64,000 nt of DNA from Thiotrichales bacterium (lineage in GTDB: Bacteria > Pseudomonadota > Gammaproteobacteria > GCF-002020875), in the NCBI GenBank assembly GCA_018658305.1, contig JABHVM010000040.1, forward strand, positions 2,829 through 66,828, written 5' to 3'. The position numbers were made by a program, and so were the translations under genes. Within the stretch, counting starts at the first letter, position 1. Every line of letters starts with the position of its first letter. Under the pieces are notes generated by a model. The model saw nothing but the letters and a program-made list of their open reading frames with translations. It was not told the origin of the DNA and ran no database searches. This document shows positions 30,337-39,041 of the stretch, piece by piece.

Positions 30337-33087
30337 CTAACTTAATTTTCCGTGGCACTTCTTATATTTCTTTCCAGAGCCACACGGACATGGTTCATTA
30401 CGCCCAACCTTGTCTCCTCTCACAAAAGGTTGCTCACTTTCCGCTCCTTCATCTTGTGAATTAAGTTCCTCTGCAGATGGTGCTGTATTAGCCATAGCTG
30501 CTGGAGCGTGCTTAAATTCCATACCTTCAATTTTGCGGCGCTTCTCTTCTACAGCCGCAACATCTTCTTCACTCCGCACCTCAACTCTAGTCATAGCTCC
30601 AAGAGCATCCTGCTTCATCTTATCTAATAGAGCAGAAAACATCTCAAATGACTCTCTCTTATACTCCTGCTTAGGATTCTTCTGTGCATATCCGCGAAGA
30701 TGAATACCTTGACGCAGATGATCCATCGCTTGTAAGTGCTCTTTCCACTGATGATCAAGAACCTGGAGCATAACTGCTTTCTCAAAGTGACGCACAGTTT
30801 CAAAGCCTGCAAGCGACTCCTTCTCCGTATAAACACTCTCCATTTCTGCAACTACTCTCTCTCGTAGAGTCTCTTCATGTAGCGAGTCATCTTCTTTAAG
30901 CCATTGCTGAATGTCAAACTCTAATAAAAACTGCTGTTTAAGCTCCTCTTCTAAACCTGGAATATCCCACTGCTCATCCATACTCTGTGGAGGCACGAAC
31001 TGATCTATTAGCTGATTAATCACATCTTCTCTAATAGCTTGAACAGTTTCAGAAATATCATCAACATCCATCAACTCATTTCGCTGCTCATAGATAACTT
31101 GGCGTTGATCATTAGCCACATCATCGTACTCCAGAAGCTGTTTACGAGTATCGAAGTTATGCCCTTCAACTTTTCGCTGTGCATTCTCTATAGCACGATT
31201 AACCCACTTATGCTCAATCGCTTCGCCATCTTCCATACCAAGTTTCTGCATCATGCCAGCTAATCTCTCAGAGGCAAAAATACGCATTAAAGAGTCCTCT
31301 AACGAGAGGTAGAAACGGCTAGACCCAGCATCTCCTTGTCGCCCAGAACGTCCTCTAAGCTGATTATCAATACGACGAGACTCATGGCGCTCTGTACCAA
31401 TTATGTGAAGCCCTCCAGACTGTAATACTCTCTTATGAAGTTCTTCCCACTCGGCACGAAGCTCCTCAACTTTATCTTCTGCTGGCTCCTCACCCAACTC
31501 TTTAATCTTAGCATCAAGACTACCACCCAATACTATATCCGTCCCTCGTCCAGCCATATTAGTTGCAATAGTTACCGCTCCAGGAACTCCTGCATTCTCA
31601 ATAATATGTGCTTCCCGCTCATGCTGTTTTGCATTTAAAACCTCATGCTGAACACCAGCCTCTTTCAGAAGATCAGAAACAAGCTCAGAGTTTTCGATAG
31701 ATGCTGTACCAACTAGTACTGGCTGCTTGCGCTCTAAACAATCTTGTACATCTTCCACAATTGCTTTAAATTTTTCAGGTGCAGTAAGAAATACTAGGTC
31801 CGCCATATCTTTACGCACCATCTCTCTATGAGTTGGTATAACTACAACTTCTAAACCATAGATCTGTTGAAACTCGAAAGCTTCTGTATCTGCAGTTCCG
31901 GTCATACCAGCAAGGGAGTCATACATACGGAAGTAGTTTTGGAAGGTGATGGATGCCATAGTCTGATTCTCATTCTGAATCGTGACTCCCTCTTTAGCCT
32001 CTACTGCCTGATGGAGCCCCTCTCCCCAACGGCGCCCAGGCATAGTTCTTCCCGTAAACTCATCTACAATTACAATTTGTCCATCTTGAATAATGTAGTG
32101 GTCATTTTTAATAAATAGAACATGTGCACGCAGTGCAGCATATAGGTGATGCATAAGAGTTATATTCTGCGGCTCATAGAGACTTTCACCATCTTCTAAG
32201 AGTCCAGCTTCAGTCAATAACGCCTCTACCTTTTCATACCCAACCTCAGTCAAGAGAACTTGACGCTGCTTCTCATCAACGGTGTAGTCACCAGCAACAT
32301 CACCGATCTCTTCATCTCCTTTAGGATCAAACTCTTCTGTACGCTTAGTTAGCTGTGCAGGAAGACTATTCATCGTATGATATAGTTCAGAGTTATCGTC
32401 AGTTGGTCCAGAGATGATAAGCGGGGTACGCGCCTCATCAATTAGAATTGAATCAACCTCATCCACCACTGCGTAGTTAGATCCTCGTTGCACCCTCTCA
32501 GGAGCAGAGAATGCCATATTGTCTCGCAGGTAGTCAAAACCAAACTCATTGTTTGTACCGTAGGTTATATCAGCAGCATAAGCAGCTTTACGCTCTTCAT
32601 GCTCTAGTCCAGAGAGAATCACTCCTACACTCATTCCTAAAAAGTTATAGAGTTTACCCATCCAATTAGCATCACGACTAGCTAGATAGTCATTCACCGT
32701 AACCACATGCACGCCTTTACCAGATAGCGCATTGAGGTATACTGCAAGAGTTGCCATCAAGGTCTTACCCTCACCAGTGCGCATCTCTGAAATCTTACCT
32801 TGATGCAACACCATACCGCCGATCATCTGTTCATCGTAATGGCGCATCTTAAACACTCGTTGCGATCCTTCACGCACTACAGCAAACGCCTCTGGAAGTA
32901 ATTGATCTAAGGTTTCACCATTCTCAATGCGGTTTCGGAATTCAGTACTTTTATCTCGCAACTCATCATCACTTAACTGCTGGAGTTTCTCCTCCATAGC
33001 ATTGATACTACCAACCACCTTACGCAGACCACGAATTGTTCGTTCGTTACGGCTACCAAATATTTTTTTGAATACTTTTTTTATCAT
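30337..33087 (-). CDS. secA: Preprotein translocase ATPase SecA
   Basis: 916 aa; DEAD motor; C-terminal zinc-binding tail [20 protein letters not shown]. Confidence 0.97.
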   Translation of the reverse strand: MIKKVFKKIFGSRNERTIRGLRKVVGSINAMEEKLQQLSDDELRDKSTEFRNRIENGETLDQLLPEAFAVVREGSQRVFKMRHYDEQMIGGMVLHQGKISEMRTGEGKTLMATLAVYLNALSGKGVHVVTVNDYLASRDANWMGKLYNFLGMSVGVILSGLEHEERKAAYAADITYGTNNEFGFDYLRDNMAFSAPERVQRGSNYAVVDEVDSILIDEARTPLIISGPTDDNSELYHTMNSLPAQLTKRTEEFDPKGDEEIGDVAGDYTVDEKQRQVLLTEVGYEKVEALLTEAGLLEDGESLYEPQNITLMHHLYAALRAHVLFIKNDHYIIQDGQIVIVDEFTGRTMPGRRWGEGLHQAVEAKEGVTIQNENQTMASITFQNYFRMYDSLAGMTGTADTEAFEFQQIYGLEVVVIPTHREMVRKDMADLVFLTAPEKFKAIVEDVQDCLERKQPVLVGTASIENSELVSDLLKEAGVQHEVLNAKQHEREAHIIENAGVPGAVTIATNMAGRGTDIVLGGSLDAKIKELGEEPAEDKVEELRAEWEELHKRVLQSGGLHIIGTERHESRRIDNQLRGRSGRQGDAGSSRFYLSLEDSLMRIFASERLAGMMQKLGMEDGEAIEHKWVNRAIENAQRKVEGHNFDTRKQLLEYDDVANDQRQVIYEQRNELMDVDDISETVQAIREDVINQLIDQFVPPQSMDEQWDIPGLEEELKQQFLLEFDIQQWLKEDDSLHEETLRERVVAEMESVYTEKESLAGFETVRHFEKAVMLQVLDHQWKEHLQAMDHLRQGIHLRGYAQKNPKQEYKRESFEMFSALLDKMKQDALGAMTRVEVRSEEDVAAVEEKRRKIEGMEFKHAPAAMANTAPSAEELNSQDEGAESEQPFVRGDKVGRNEPCPCGSGKKYKKCHGKLS

Positions 33088-33306
33088 ATCTATAATTTAT
33101 TTTCTTAGTTAAATGTTTATCAGTCTAAATGTTTTGGCTTAACATTGATTCCTTAAGCTATATATTTATAATTAATATTTATAATTAACATTAATTAAGT
33201 TAGGAATGATATATGAACTGCGCTGAAACTACCAACTAAAAATAGTAAAAAAGTTACCTTAATTTAAGTAACAGAGAAGGTGGTATATTAGTTGGGCTGT
33301 TAGCAG

Positions 33307-34218
33307 TTATGCGGTTAGCGGTACAAAGGATATTGGAGCTTGCTCTCTCTCATTAAAACTCACATACTCCCAAGAGTTTTGTGAAGCAAAAACTTTTCTG
33401 GTTAGCTTGTTATTAAGATCATGTCCAGATTTGTAACCATGATATGCGCCTAGTAGAGGGCTTCCCAATAGATATAGATCACCAACTGCATCTAAAATTT
33501 TATGGCGTACAAACTCATCTCTAAAGCGTAAACCATCCTCATTCAGAACTCTAAACTCATCTAGACCTACAGCATTATCTAAACTTGCTCCCTGAGCTAG
33601 ACCCTGCATACGCAGAGCTTCAACATCACGAATAAATCCAAATGTGCGCGCACGACTAATCTCTTTTTCATAGCGCAGTGAAGAGAATTCTATATTATGA
33701 TTTTGCAAATCAGGATTAAAAGCTGGATGCTTAAAGTCTATTCCAAAAGATAAATTAAAACCATCATATGGATCCAATCTTGCCCACTTATCACCATCAC
33801 GCACTTCAATGCTCTCTGTAATACGAATATAACGCTTAGCTGTACCCTGCTCTACCAAGCCTGCGCTCTTCAACATAAAAACAAAGGTGCTTGCACTACC
33901 ATCCATTATAGGAACTTCCGCTGAATCTAAATCTATATAGGCGTTATCCACACCAAGACCAGCAAGAGCAGAGAGTAGATGCTCAACAGTTGAGATTGTT
34001 GCGTCGCCATTATCAGCTTTAAGGGTAGTTGAGAGTCGTGTATCACTAACTCCTTCAGCTGTTGCCTCAATCAGTGGCGTGCCAACAAGATCGGTGCGCC
34101 TAAACACAACACCAGTGTTAGCTGGTGCAGGACGCATAGTAAGATGTACCTTTTTACCAGAATGGAGACCAATTCCAGTGGAGTGTACTTTACTTTTTAG
34201 GGTTCTCTGTTGTGTCAT
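33307..34218 (-). CDS. lpxC: UDP-3-O-acyl-N-acetylglucosamine deacetylase
   Basis: 303 aa; MTQQRTLK N-terminus; conserved HxxE and zinc ligands. Confidence 0.95.
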   Translation of the reverse strand: MTQQRTLKSKVHSTGIGLHSGKKVHLTMRPAPANTGVVFRRTDLVGTPLIEATAEGVSDTRLSTTLKADNGDATISTVEHLLSALAGLGVDNAYIDLDSAEVPIMDGSASTFVFMLKSAGLVEQGTAKRYIRITESIEVRDGDKWARLDPYDGFNLSFGIDFKHPAFNPDLQNHNIEFSSLRYEKEISRARTFGFIRDVEALRMQGLAQGASLDNAVGLDEFRVLNEDGLRFRDEFVRHKILDAVGDLYLLGSPLLGAYHGYKSGHDLNNKLTRKVFASQNSWEYVSFNEREQAPISFVPLTA

Positions 34219-34424
34219 AGCTACCTATTATATACAATTATTCTCTTGAATGCAAGCGCATAAATAAAACATTATTTCGTCATAAGTTCATTTTACATGG
34301 TGTTCTTTATAAAAATCAACTGTTTTTTTATTTTTTTTCAACCAAACTATAGTTTAACACTATAACTTTAATATTTTTCAGAAACATTCATGCCATATCT
34401 ATACCCCAACTTATTTTATAAAAT

Positions 34425-35213
34425 TTAAGGGTCACAAAGTATAGCTAACCCATCAAGCACTAAACTTTTCACTGTTGTAAACTTAATGGATTGACCTAGT
34501 GTGATAGAGTTTAATAGTTGCGCAGATCCGCCTCCCGTAACGACTACTCTTGGTAAATTCCCGCCATTCTGTTTGTGGAGCTTCAATATATTTTGCACAA
34601 CTTTCCGTACACTCTCTGCTGTACCAGCAAGATCTAAACGCATAGCCTCTACGGTTGATTTTCCTATTAAACTACCCTCACCACCTCTTTCAATAAGCGG
34701 CATCTCTTTTAGGTGTGGAATTTTACATGCAAAATCATCCCAACTATCTCCCAAGGACGGCAAGATAACTCCTCCTTGATGCTCTCCGTAGCCATCAACC
34801 AAGCAAACAAGATCAATTGTGATCGCGCTTCCAGAGTCGATCAATATAAAAGGTTCCTGCAACCGACTCCAACTAGCAATCATCCCCAACCATCTATCAA
34901 CACCCAACTGGGCAGGGTTATGGTAGCCATTTTTTAAGGTATCGAAACTCTCTACTGAGCGCACAAGCTCACACTCTACCCCCCAGAGCTCAAACACTAT
35001 CTCTGTAATCTCAGCCTCACGCTGCTGACCAGCACTATTTGCTAATAGAACTCTATCAGGTTTACTATTTACTGACTCATCTCTGGAGAAATATTTCGCT
35101 AACAGCTTTAGATCTGAGATATCGATATAGTGGTCATTTTTAGATTTGGATTCACAATTAATCCAACGCCACTTTATTCTACTATTACCTGAATCTATTA
35201 AGAGTGAGGTCAT
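34425..35213 (-). CDS. coaX: Type III pantothenate kinase
   Basis: LLIDSGNSRIKW N-terminal ASKHA motif; 262 aa; the usual birA-coaX pair. Confidence 0.85.
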   Translation of the reverse strand: MTSLLIDSGNSRIKWRWINCESKSKNDHYIDISDLKLLAKYFSRDESVNSKPDRVLLANSAGQQREAEITEIVFELWGVECELVRSVESFDTLKNGYHNPAQLGVDRWLGMIASWSRLQEPFILIDSGSAITIDLVCLVDGYGEHQGGVILPSLGDSWDDFACKIPHLKEMPLIERGGEGSLIGKSTVEAMRLDLAGTAESVRKVVQNILKLHKQNGGNLPRVVVTGGGSAQLLNSITLGQSIKFTTVKSLVLDGLAILCDP

Positions 35214-36202
35214 TGTGCTAAGCGTAACGATAGATCACCGCTATAGTAACTCTTAATATCACCATTTTTCCTCTTCAACTGCAGAGCTCCCATATCATTA
35301 ATACCGCATGCAATCCCTCGTATGCTCTCTCCTCCAAGATCTAACTCAACATCTGCATCACGCATCAAGTCAAATCCTTTCCACTGCTCCAGCACAGAGA
35401 CAAGCCCCTCTACAGAGAATATATTAAGCATTGGTACAAGCCTGTTAATAATTGCAGCAGCAAGTGTATCACGCTCAACATTCACTCCAGCAACCTCAGA
35501 CAGTGAAGCAGCTGGCTGATCAATCTTCTCATGTGTGGAAACTGACATCACCAGATTAACTCCTGCACCAATCACCGCATAAGTAGGTCCATCAGCCTCC
35601 CCTTCAACTTCAACCAATATTCCACCCAATTTTTTACCATAAAGATAGATATCATTTGGCCATTTGAGCTGCACCCCTTCAACGCCTAAGTCTATTAATG
35701 CCTCTGCAATTGCTACTCCAACTACAATCCCCAGCCCACTGAGCGCCATTGCACCCTGTTCAAATTTCCAAAATATAGATAAGTATATGCTCCCTCCGAA
35801 CGGAGAGATCCACTCTTTACCGCGCCGCCCTCTTCCTGCAGTCTGCTGCTCTGCAAGCAAAACAGAACCTTGCTTGAGATCAACTCTACTCCGAAATTGG
35901 CGCATAAGTGTGCTATTAGTTGAATCACAAATCCAGCAGATCTGAATCTGTGGAACTTGCCCTCTGACCTCTCGGCTTAACTGTCTCTCTATAGATTCAG
36001 AAGTAAGCAGAGTAATTGAGTGAGCTAGACGGTACCCTTTGCGCTGCAATGATATTATCTCAACATCAAGAGCTTGGATTACTTGTATCTGCTTCCAGAC
36101 CGCAGCCCGACTAATTGATAGATATTCACCAAGTTCTGTTCCTGTATGAATTGCTCCATCTGCAAGAACTCGCAGAAGCTTCTGCTGAACTGGGGTCAGA
36201 AT
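35210..36202 (-). CDS. birA: Bifunctional biotin-protein ligase / biotin operon repressor BirA, start codon uncertain
   Basis: Ligase core (KWPNDIYLYGKKLGGILVE). The in-frame upstream translation (ILTPVQQKLLRVLADGAIHTGTELGEYLSISRAAVWKQIQ) is the BirA winged-HTH. No ATG, GTG or TTG lies between the upstream stop (36215-36217) and that domain; the only candidates are ATT at 36202 and CTG at 36199. The listed ORF starts at an internal TTG at 36049. Confidence 0.7.
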   Translation of the reverse strand: MLTPVQQKLLRVLADGAIHTGTELGEYLSISRAAVWKQIQVIQALDVEIISLQRKGYRLAHSITLLTSESIERQLSREVRGQVPQIQICWICDSTNSTLMRQFRSRVDLKQGSVLLAEQQTAGRGRRGKEWISPFGGSIYLSIFWKFEQGAMALSGLGIVVGVAIAEALIDLGVEGVQLKWPNDIYLYGKKLGGILVEVEGEADGPTYAVIGAGVNLVMSVSTHEKIDQPAASLSEVAGVNVERDTLAAAIINRLVPMLNIFSVEGLVSVLEQWKGFDLMRDADVELDLGGESIRGIACGINDMGALQLKRKNGDIKSYYSGDLSLRLAQ

Positions 36203-36858
36203 GCAGCCATCTCTTTAGCTACCAAGTATTCTATAACTTTGAACATCTCTTGGTATGATCCAGCAATACCTGCATCAGTAATATATTTTCCATTAACAAC
36301 TATTGCAGGAACACCCTTAATACCAGAACGCCTAGTCATTCGTGCAGCCTGCTTCACCTTTGAATTAACTCCAAATGATTTCCAGGCTTTACGGAACTCT
36401 TGTACTGAAACGCCATTTCCTTCAAAAAGCTGCTCAATTGCCATCTCATTCTTTATTAGATTTTTATTACCATTAACATGAATACCTTCAAACAATGCAG
36501 GATGAATATTATCTAACACCCCAAGCTGTGCTGCAGTATAGAAAACCTTAGCTCCTGGAGCCCAGCTCTCACCAAGGATTGCCGGCTGCATCTGAAAATT
36601 AACATTTTTAGGATTAGTAGACAACCAGTTCTGGATCAACGGCTCCAAACGGTAGCAGTGAGGGCATCCATACCAAAAATACTCACGAACCTCGATAGCT
36701 CCAGCCTTTTCAACTGTGCGCAGAGGTTGACTGATACGAGTGTACTCGACCCCCTCCATATAATCAGAAAACTCCTGAGCTTGTACTGTAGAGATTATCA
36801 AGCTAGCACCAAAAAACAGAGCTAGAGAAGTCGCAAACGACATTATCTTTTTAAGCAT
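36196..36858 (-). CDS. dsbA: Periplasmic thiol:disulfide interchange protein DsbA
   Basis: Signal peptide; CPHC active site (WYGCPHCYRLEP). Confidence 0.9.
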   Translation of the reverse strand: MLKKIMSFATSLALFFGASLIISTVQAQEFSDYMEGVEYTRISQPLRTVEKAGAIEVREYFWYGCPHCYRLEPLIQNWLSTNPKNVNFQMQPAILGESWAPGAKVFYTAAQLGVLDNIHPALFEGIHVNGNKNLIKNEMAIEQLFEGNGVSVQEFRKAWKSFGVNSKVKQAARMTRRSGIKGVPAIVVNGKYITDAGIAGSYQEMFKVIEYLVAKEMAAF

Positions 36859-36884
36859 TATATTTACGCTCCTATATTTATAAC

Positions 36885-37904
36885 TTACAGACCAGCCTGA
36901 GCCAACATATAATCAACTACTGCGCCAATCTCTGCTTCAGTTAATGATGAACCACCCTTTGCTGCCATCGCTGTACCAGCAATACCAACCATTGCACTCT
37001 TAACTAATCCATCACGATCACCAACTTTAGCCAAACGAGGTTCCCAGTCTGCTTTTACAGCAATTTGAGGAGCCTTAAGTGCTGGTGCAGCAGGTCCGTG
37101 GCAAGCAAAACAACTAGCCTGAAATAGAGCCGCGCCATCAGCAGCTACAGAACTTGCTACAGTAGCTGCTACGACAGCTTCAGCTACTGGAGCTGGAGCA
37201 GCTTTAGGAGCAGTTACAATCGCCACTCCATCTATAGATTGCAAATAAGCAGTAACTGCATCAATATCACCATCAGTTAATCTCTTTGCCACATCACGCA
37301 TCATTTTTGATGGATCATTAGAACGAGCACCAGAACGGAATGCATTCAATTGCGCCACAGTATACCCATTTAACTGTCCTGTAAGTCCTGGCCATTTAGC
37401 AGGACCGTTACCTGCAGCCTTAGGACCGTGGCACGCCATACATGCTGTAAGTTTGCGCTCTGCATCACCAGCCTGAAAAAGCTTCTTACCTTTAGCTGCC
37501 AAATCTGCATCAACGGAAACCCCGTCTGGGCTAGCTATAGTTGAATAGTGCGCGCCAAGATTAGCGATATCAGAATCATTAAGAGCCATCGCCTGCCCTG
37601 TCATAAGTACATCTTTACGCGAACCAGATTTAAAATCTTGAATCTGCTTAGAAAAATAACCAGCATTCTGCCCAGCTAACGCTGGCACTGCTTTCATCTT
37701 TCCAGGATTCATAGGATCTGGAAATGCAGGATTGCCTTCACCATTAGCTCCATGACAAGCACCACAAACTGCAGCTCTTGCTTTTCCAGCAGCAGCATCA
37801 CCAGCAGCATCACCAGCAGTTGCCGATATTGATACAGTTAACGCAGCAACCGCTATTACTGTATTGGCTACTGTATTTGCTATAGTATTAATATTTTTTT
37901 TCAT
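36885..37904 (-). CDS. Triheme class I c-type cytochrome (diheme c4-like module plus a C-terminal c5-like monoheme domain)
   Basis: Signal peptide; three CxxCH motifs (CGACH, CMACH, CFACH) about 100 aa apart; Ala/Pro-rich linkers; sits in the engB/dsbA neighbourhood where Pseudomonas has separate cc4 and c5 genes. Confidence 0.75.
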   Translation of the reverse strand: MKKNINTIANTVANTVIAVAALTVSISATAGDAAGDAAAGKARAAVCGACHGANGEGNPAFPDPMNPGKMKAVPALAGQNAGYFSKQIQDFKSGSRKDVLMTGQAMALNDSDIANLGAHYSTIASPDGVSVDADLAAKGKKLFQAGDAERKLTACMACHGPKAAGNGPAKWPGLTGQLNGYTVAQLNAFRSGARSNDPSKMMRDVAKRLTDGDIDAVTAYLQSIDGVAIVTAPKAAPAPVAEAVVAATVASSVAADGAALFQASCFACHGPAAPALKAPQIAVKADWEPRLAKVGDRDGLVKSAMVGIAGTAMAAKGGSSLTEAEIGAVVDYMLAQAGL

Positions 37905-38012
37905 TTCGAGATTATCCTTAAACTAATTTTTAAATCACACATAATAATAAACCTGCTAATTATATGCCTAGTTGACCTCTACCGCAATAGTTAAATAGGG
38001 TATAGTACGCAG

Positions 38013-38624
38013 ATGAATCTTAACCAAGCAACTTTTCTCACTAGCGCCCCTAACCTTTCTCGCTGCCCAAAAGAGAGCATTGCCGAAGTCGCTTTTGCAG
38101 GGCGTTCCAATGCTGGAAAGTCTAGCGCACTAAATAAATTGACGGGCATTAATGGGCTTGCCCGCACCAGTAAAACTCCTGGACGAACTCAACTTATTAA
38201 CTTTTTCTCTTTAGATGAAGAACACCATTTAGTCGATCTACCTGGCTACGGTTACGCAAAAGTCCCCACTAAAGTGCGCAAACAGTGGGAGGAGGATCTT
38301 GGTAAATATCTAGAAAAACGCGAAGCACTGCGAGGGGTGATTGTGCTAATGGACATTCGGCACCCACTCACCCCAAAAGATCTCCCGATGGTAGAGTGGA
38401 GCAACTGGACAGGGCGACCACTTCATATCTTACTAACAAAAGCAGATAAACTGAAACGAGGTGCTGCGATGAACACGCTATTAAAAGTACGCAGAGAGCT
38501 TGCGGAAAACTTCCCTTCCGTCACCATACAGATATTCTCTGCCACCAAAGGGACGGGGGTAGATGAGGCGCGTGAAGTTATTATGGGGTGGCTGGAATCA
38601 GTCGAAACAGAGGAGGCAATATAA
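38013..38624 (+). CDS. engB: Ribosome-biogenesis GTPase EngB (YihA/YsxC)
   Basis: G1 [10 protein letters not shown]3 DLPGYG, G4 TKADK motifs. Confidence 0.9.
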   Translation: MNLNQATFLTSAPNLSRCPKESIAEVAFAGRSNAGKSSALNKLTGINGLARTSKTPGRTQLINFFSLDEEHHLVDLPGYGYAKVPTKVRKQWEEDLGKYLEKREALRGVIVLMDIRHPLTPKDLPMVEWSNWTGRPLHILLTKADKLKRGAAMNTLLKVRRELAENFPSVTIQIFSATKGTGVDEAREVIMGWLESVETEEAI

Positions 38625-38887
38625 TGGCTACAAGAGGTTTAGGGCAGAAGATTTCATACTCACTTGCAATAGCGAGCTACACCTCAGCTATTGGGTTATT
38701 TGTCTACATATGGTTTTACGACCAAGATACAGGAACGGCAGACTCGATTATTGCCAGCATGATGGCTGGGATAGTTTTTCTAGTTGGCGTTGGAGTAGTA
38801 CTGCATGTGATAGGTAAGGCCAATATTCCAAGCTTCAAAGTCCCTTCTGATGAAGAGATACTGGCATACGATGAGTCGAGCGAGTAG
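38624..38887 (+). CDS. Small two-TM membrane protein of 87 aa, translationally coupled to engB
   Basis: ATG overlaps the engB TAA (TAATG); AGGAGG lies 7 nt upstream; two hydrophobic helices. Confidence 0.5.
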   Translation: MATRGLGQKISYSLAIASYTSAIGLFVYIWFYDQDTGTADSIIASMMAGIVFLVGVGVVLHVIGKANIPSFKVPSDEEILAYDESSE

Positions 38888-39041
38888 ATTAAAGGGGGAA
38901 GGGAGTAGTCACCATCTTTGAAATTGCAGTTTTAACTGATGGATAGATATTTATTTCCGGACGCTAGTGACTTTGATCTTAATTATTTTTAGTGCAAAAG
39001 TAAAGACCTGACCCCTTTGGTTGTTTACCCCTCCTTTTTTG

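Noticed and set aside
33088-33306. A secM-like arrest-peptide gene upstream of secA
   Set aside because: The spacer is only 219 bp, extremely AT-rich and has no ORF with a Shine-Dalgarno or arrest-motif-like sequence (…GIRAGP-like).
36146-36481. 111-aa forward ORF
   Set aside because: Antisense to the BirA N-terminal domain and dsbA 3' end; no Shine-Dalgarno and no conservation signal.
38563-38817. 84-aa forward ORF overlapping the engB 3' end in another frame
   Set aside because: The alternative frame (38624-38887) has a proper AGGAGG Shine-Dalgarno and TAATG coupling; this frame does not.
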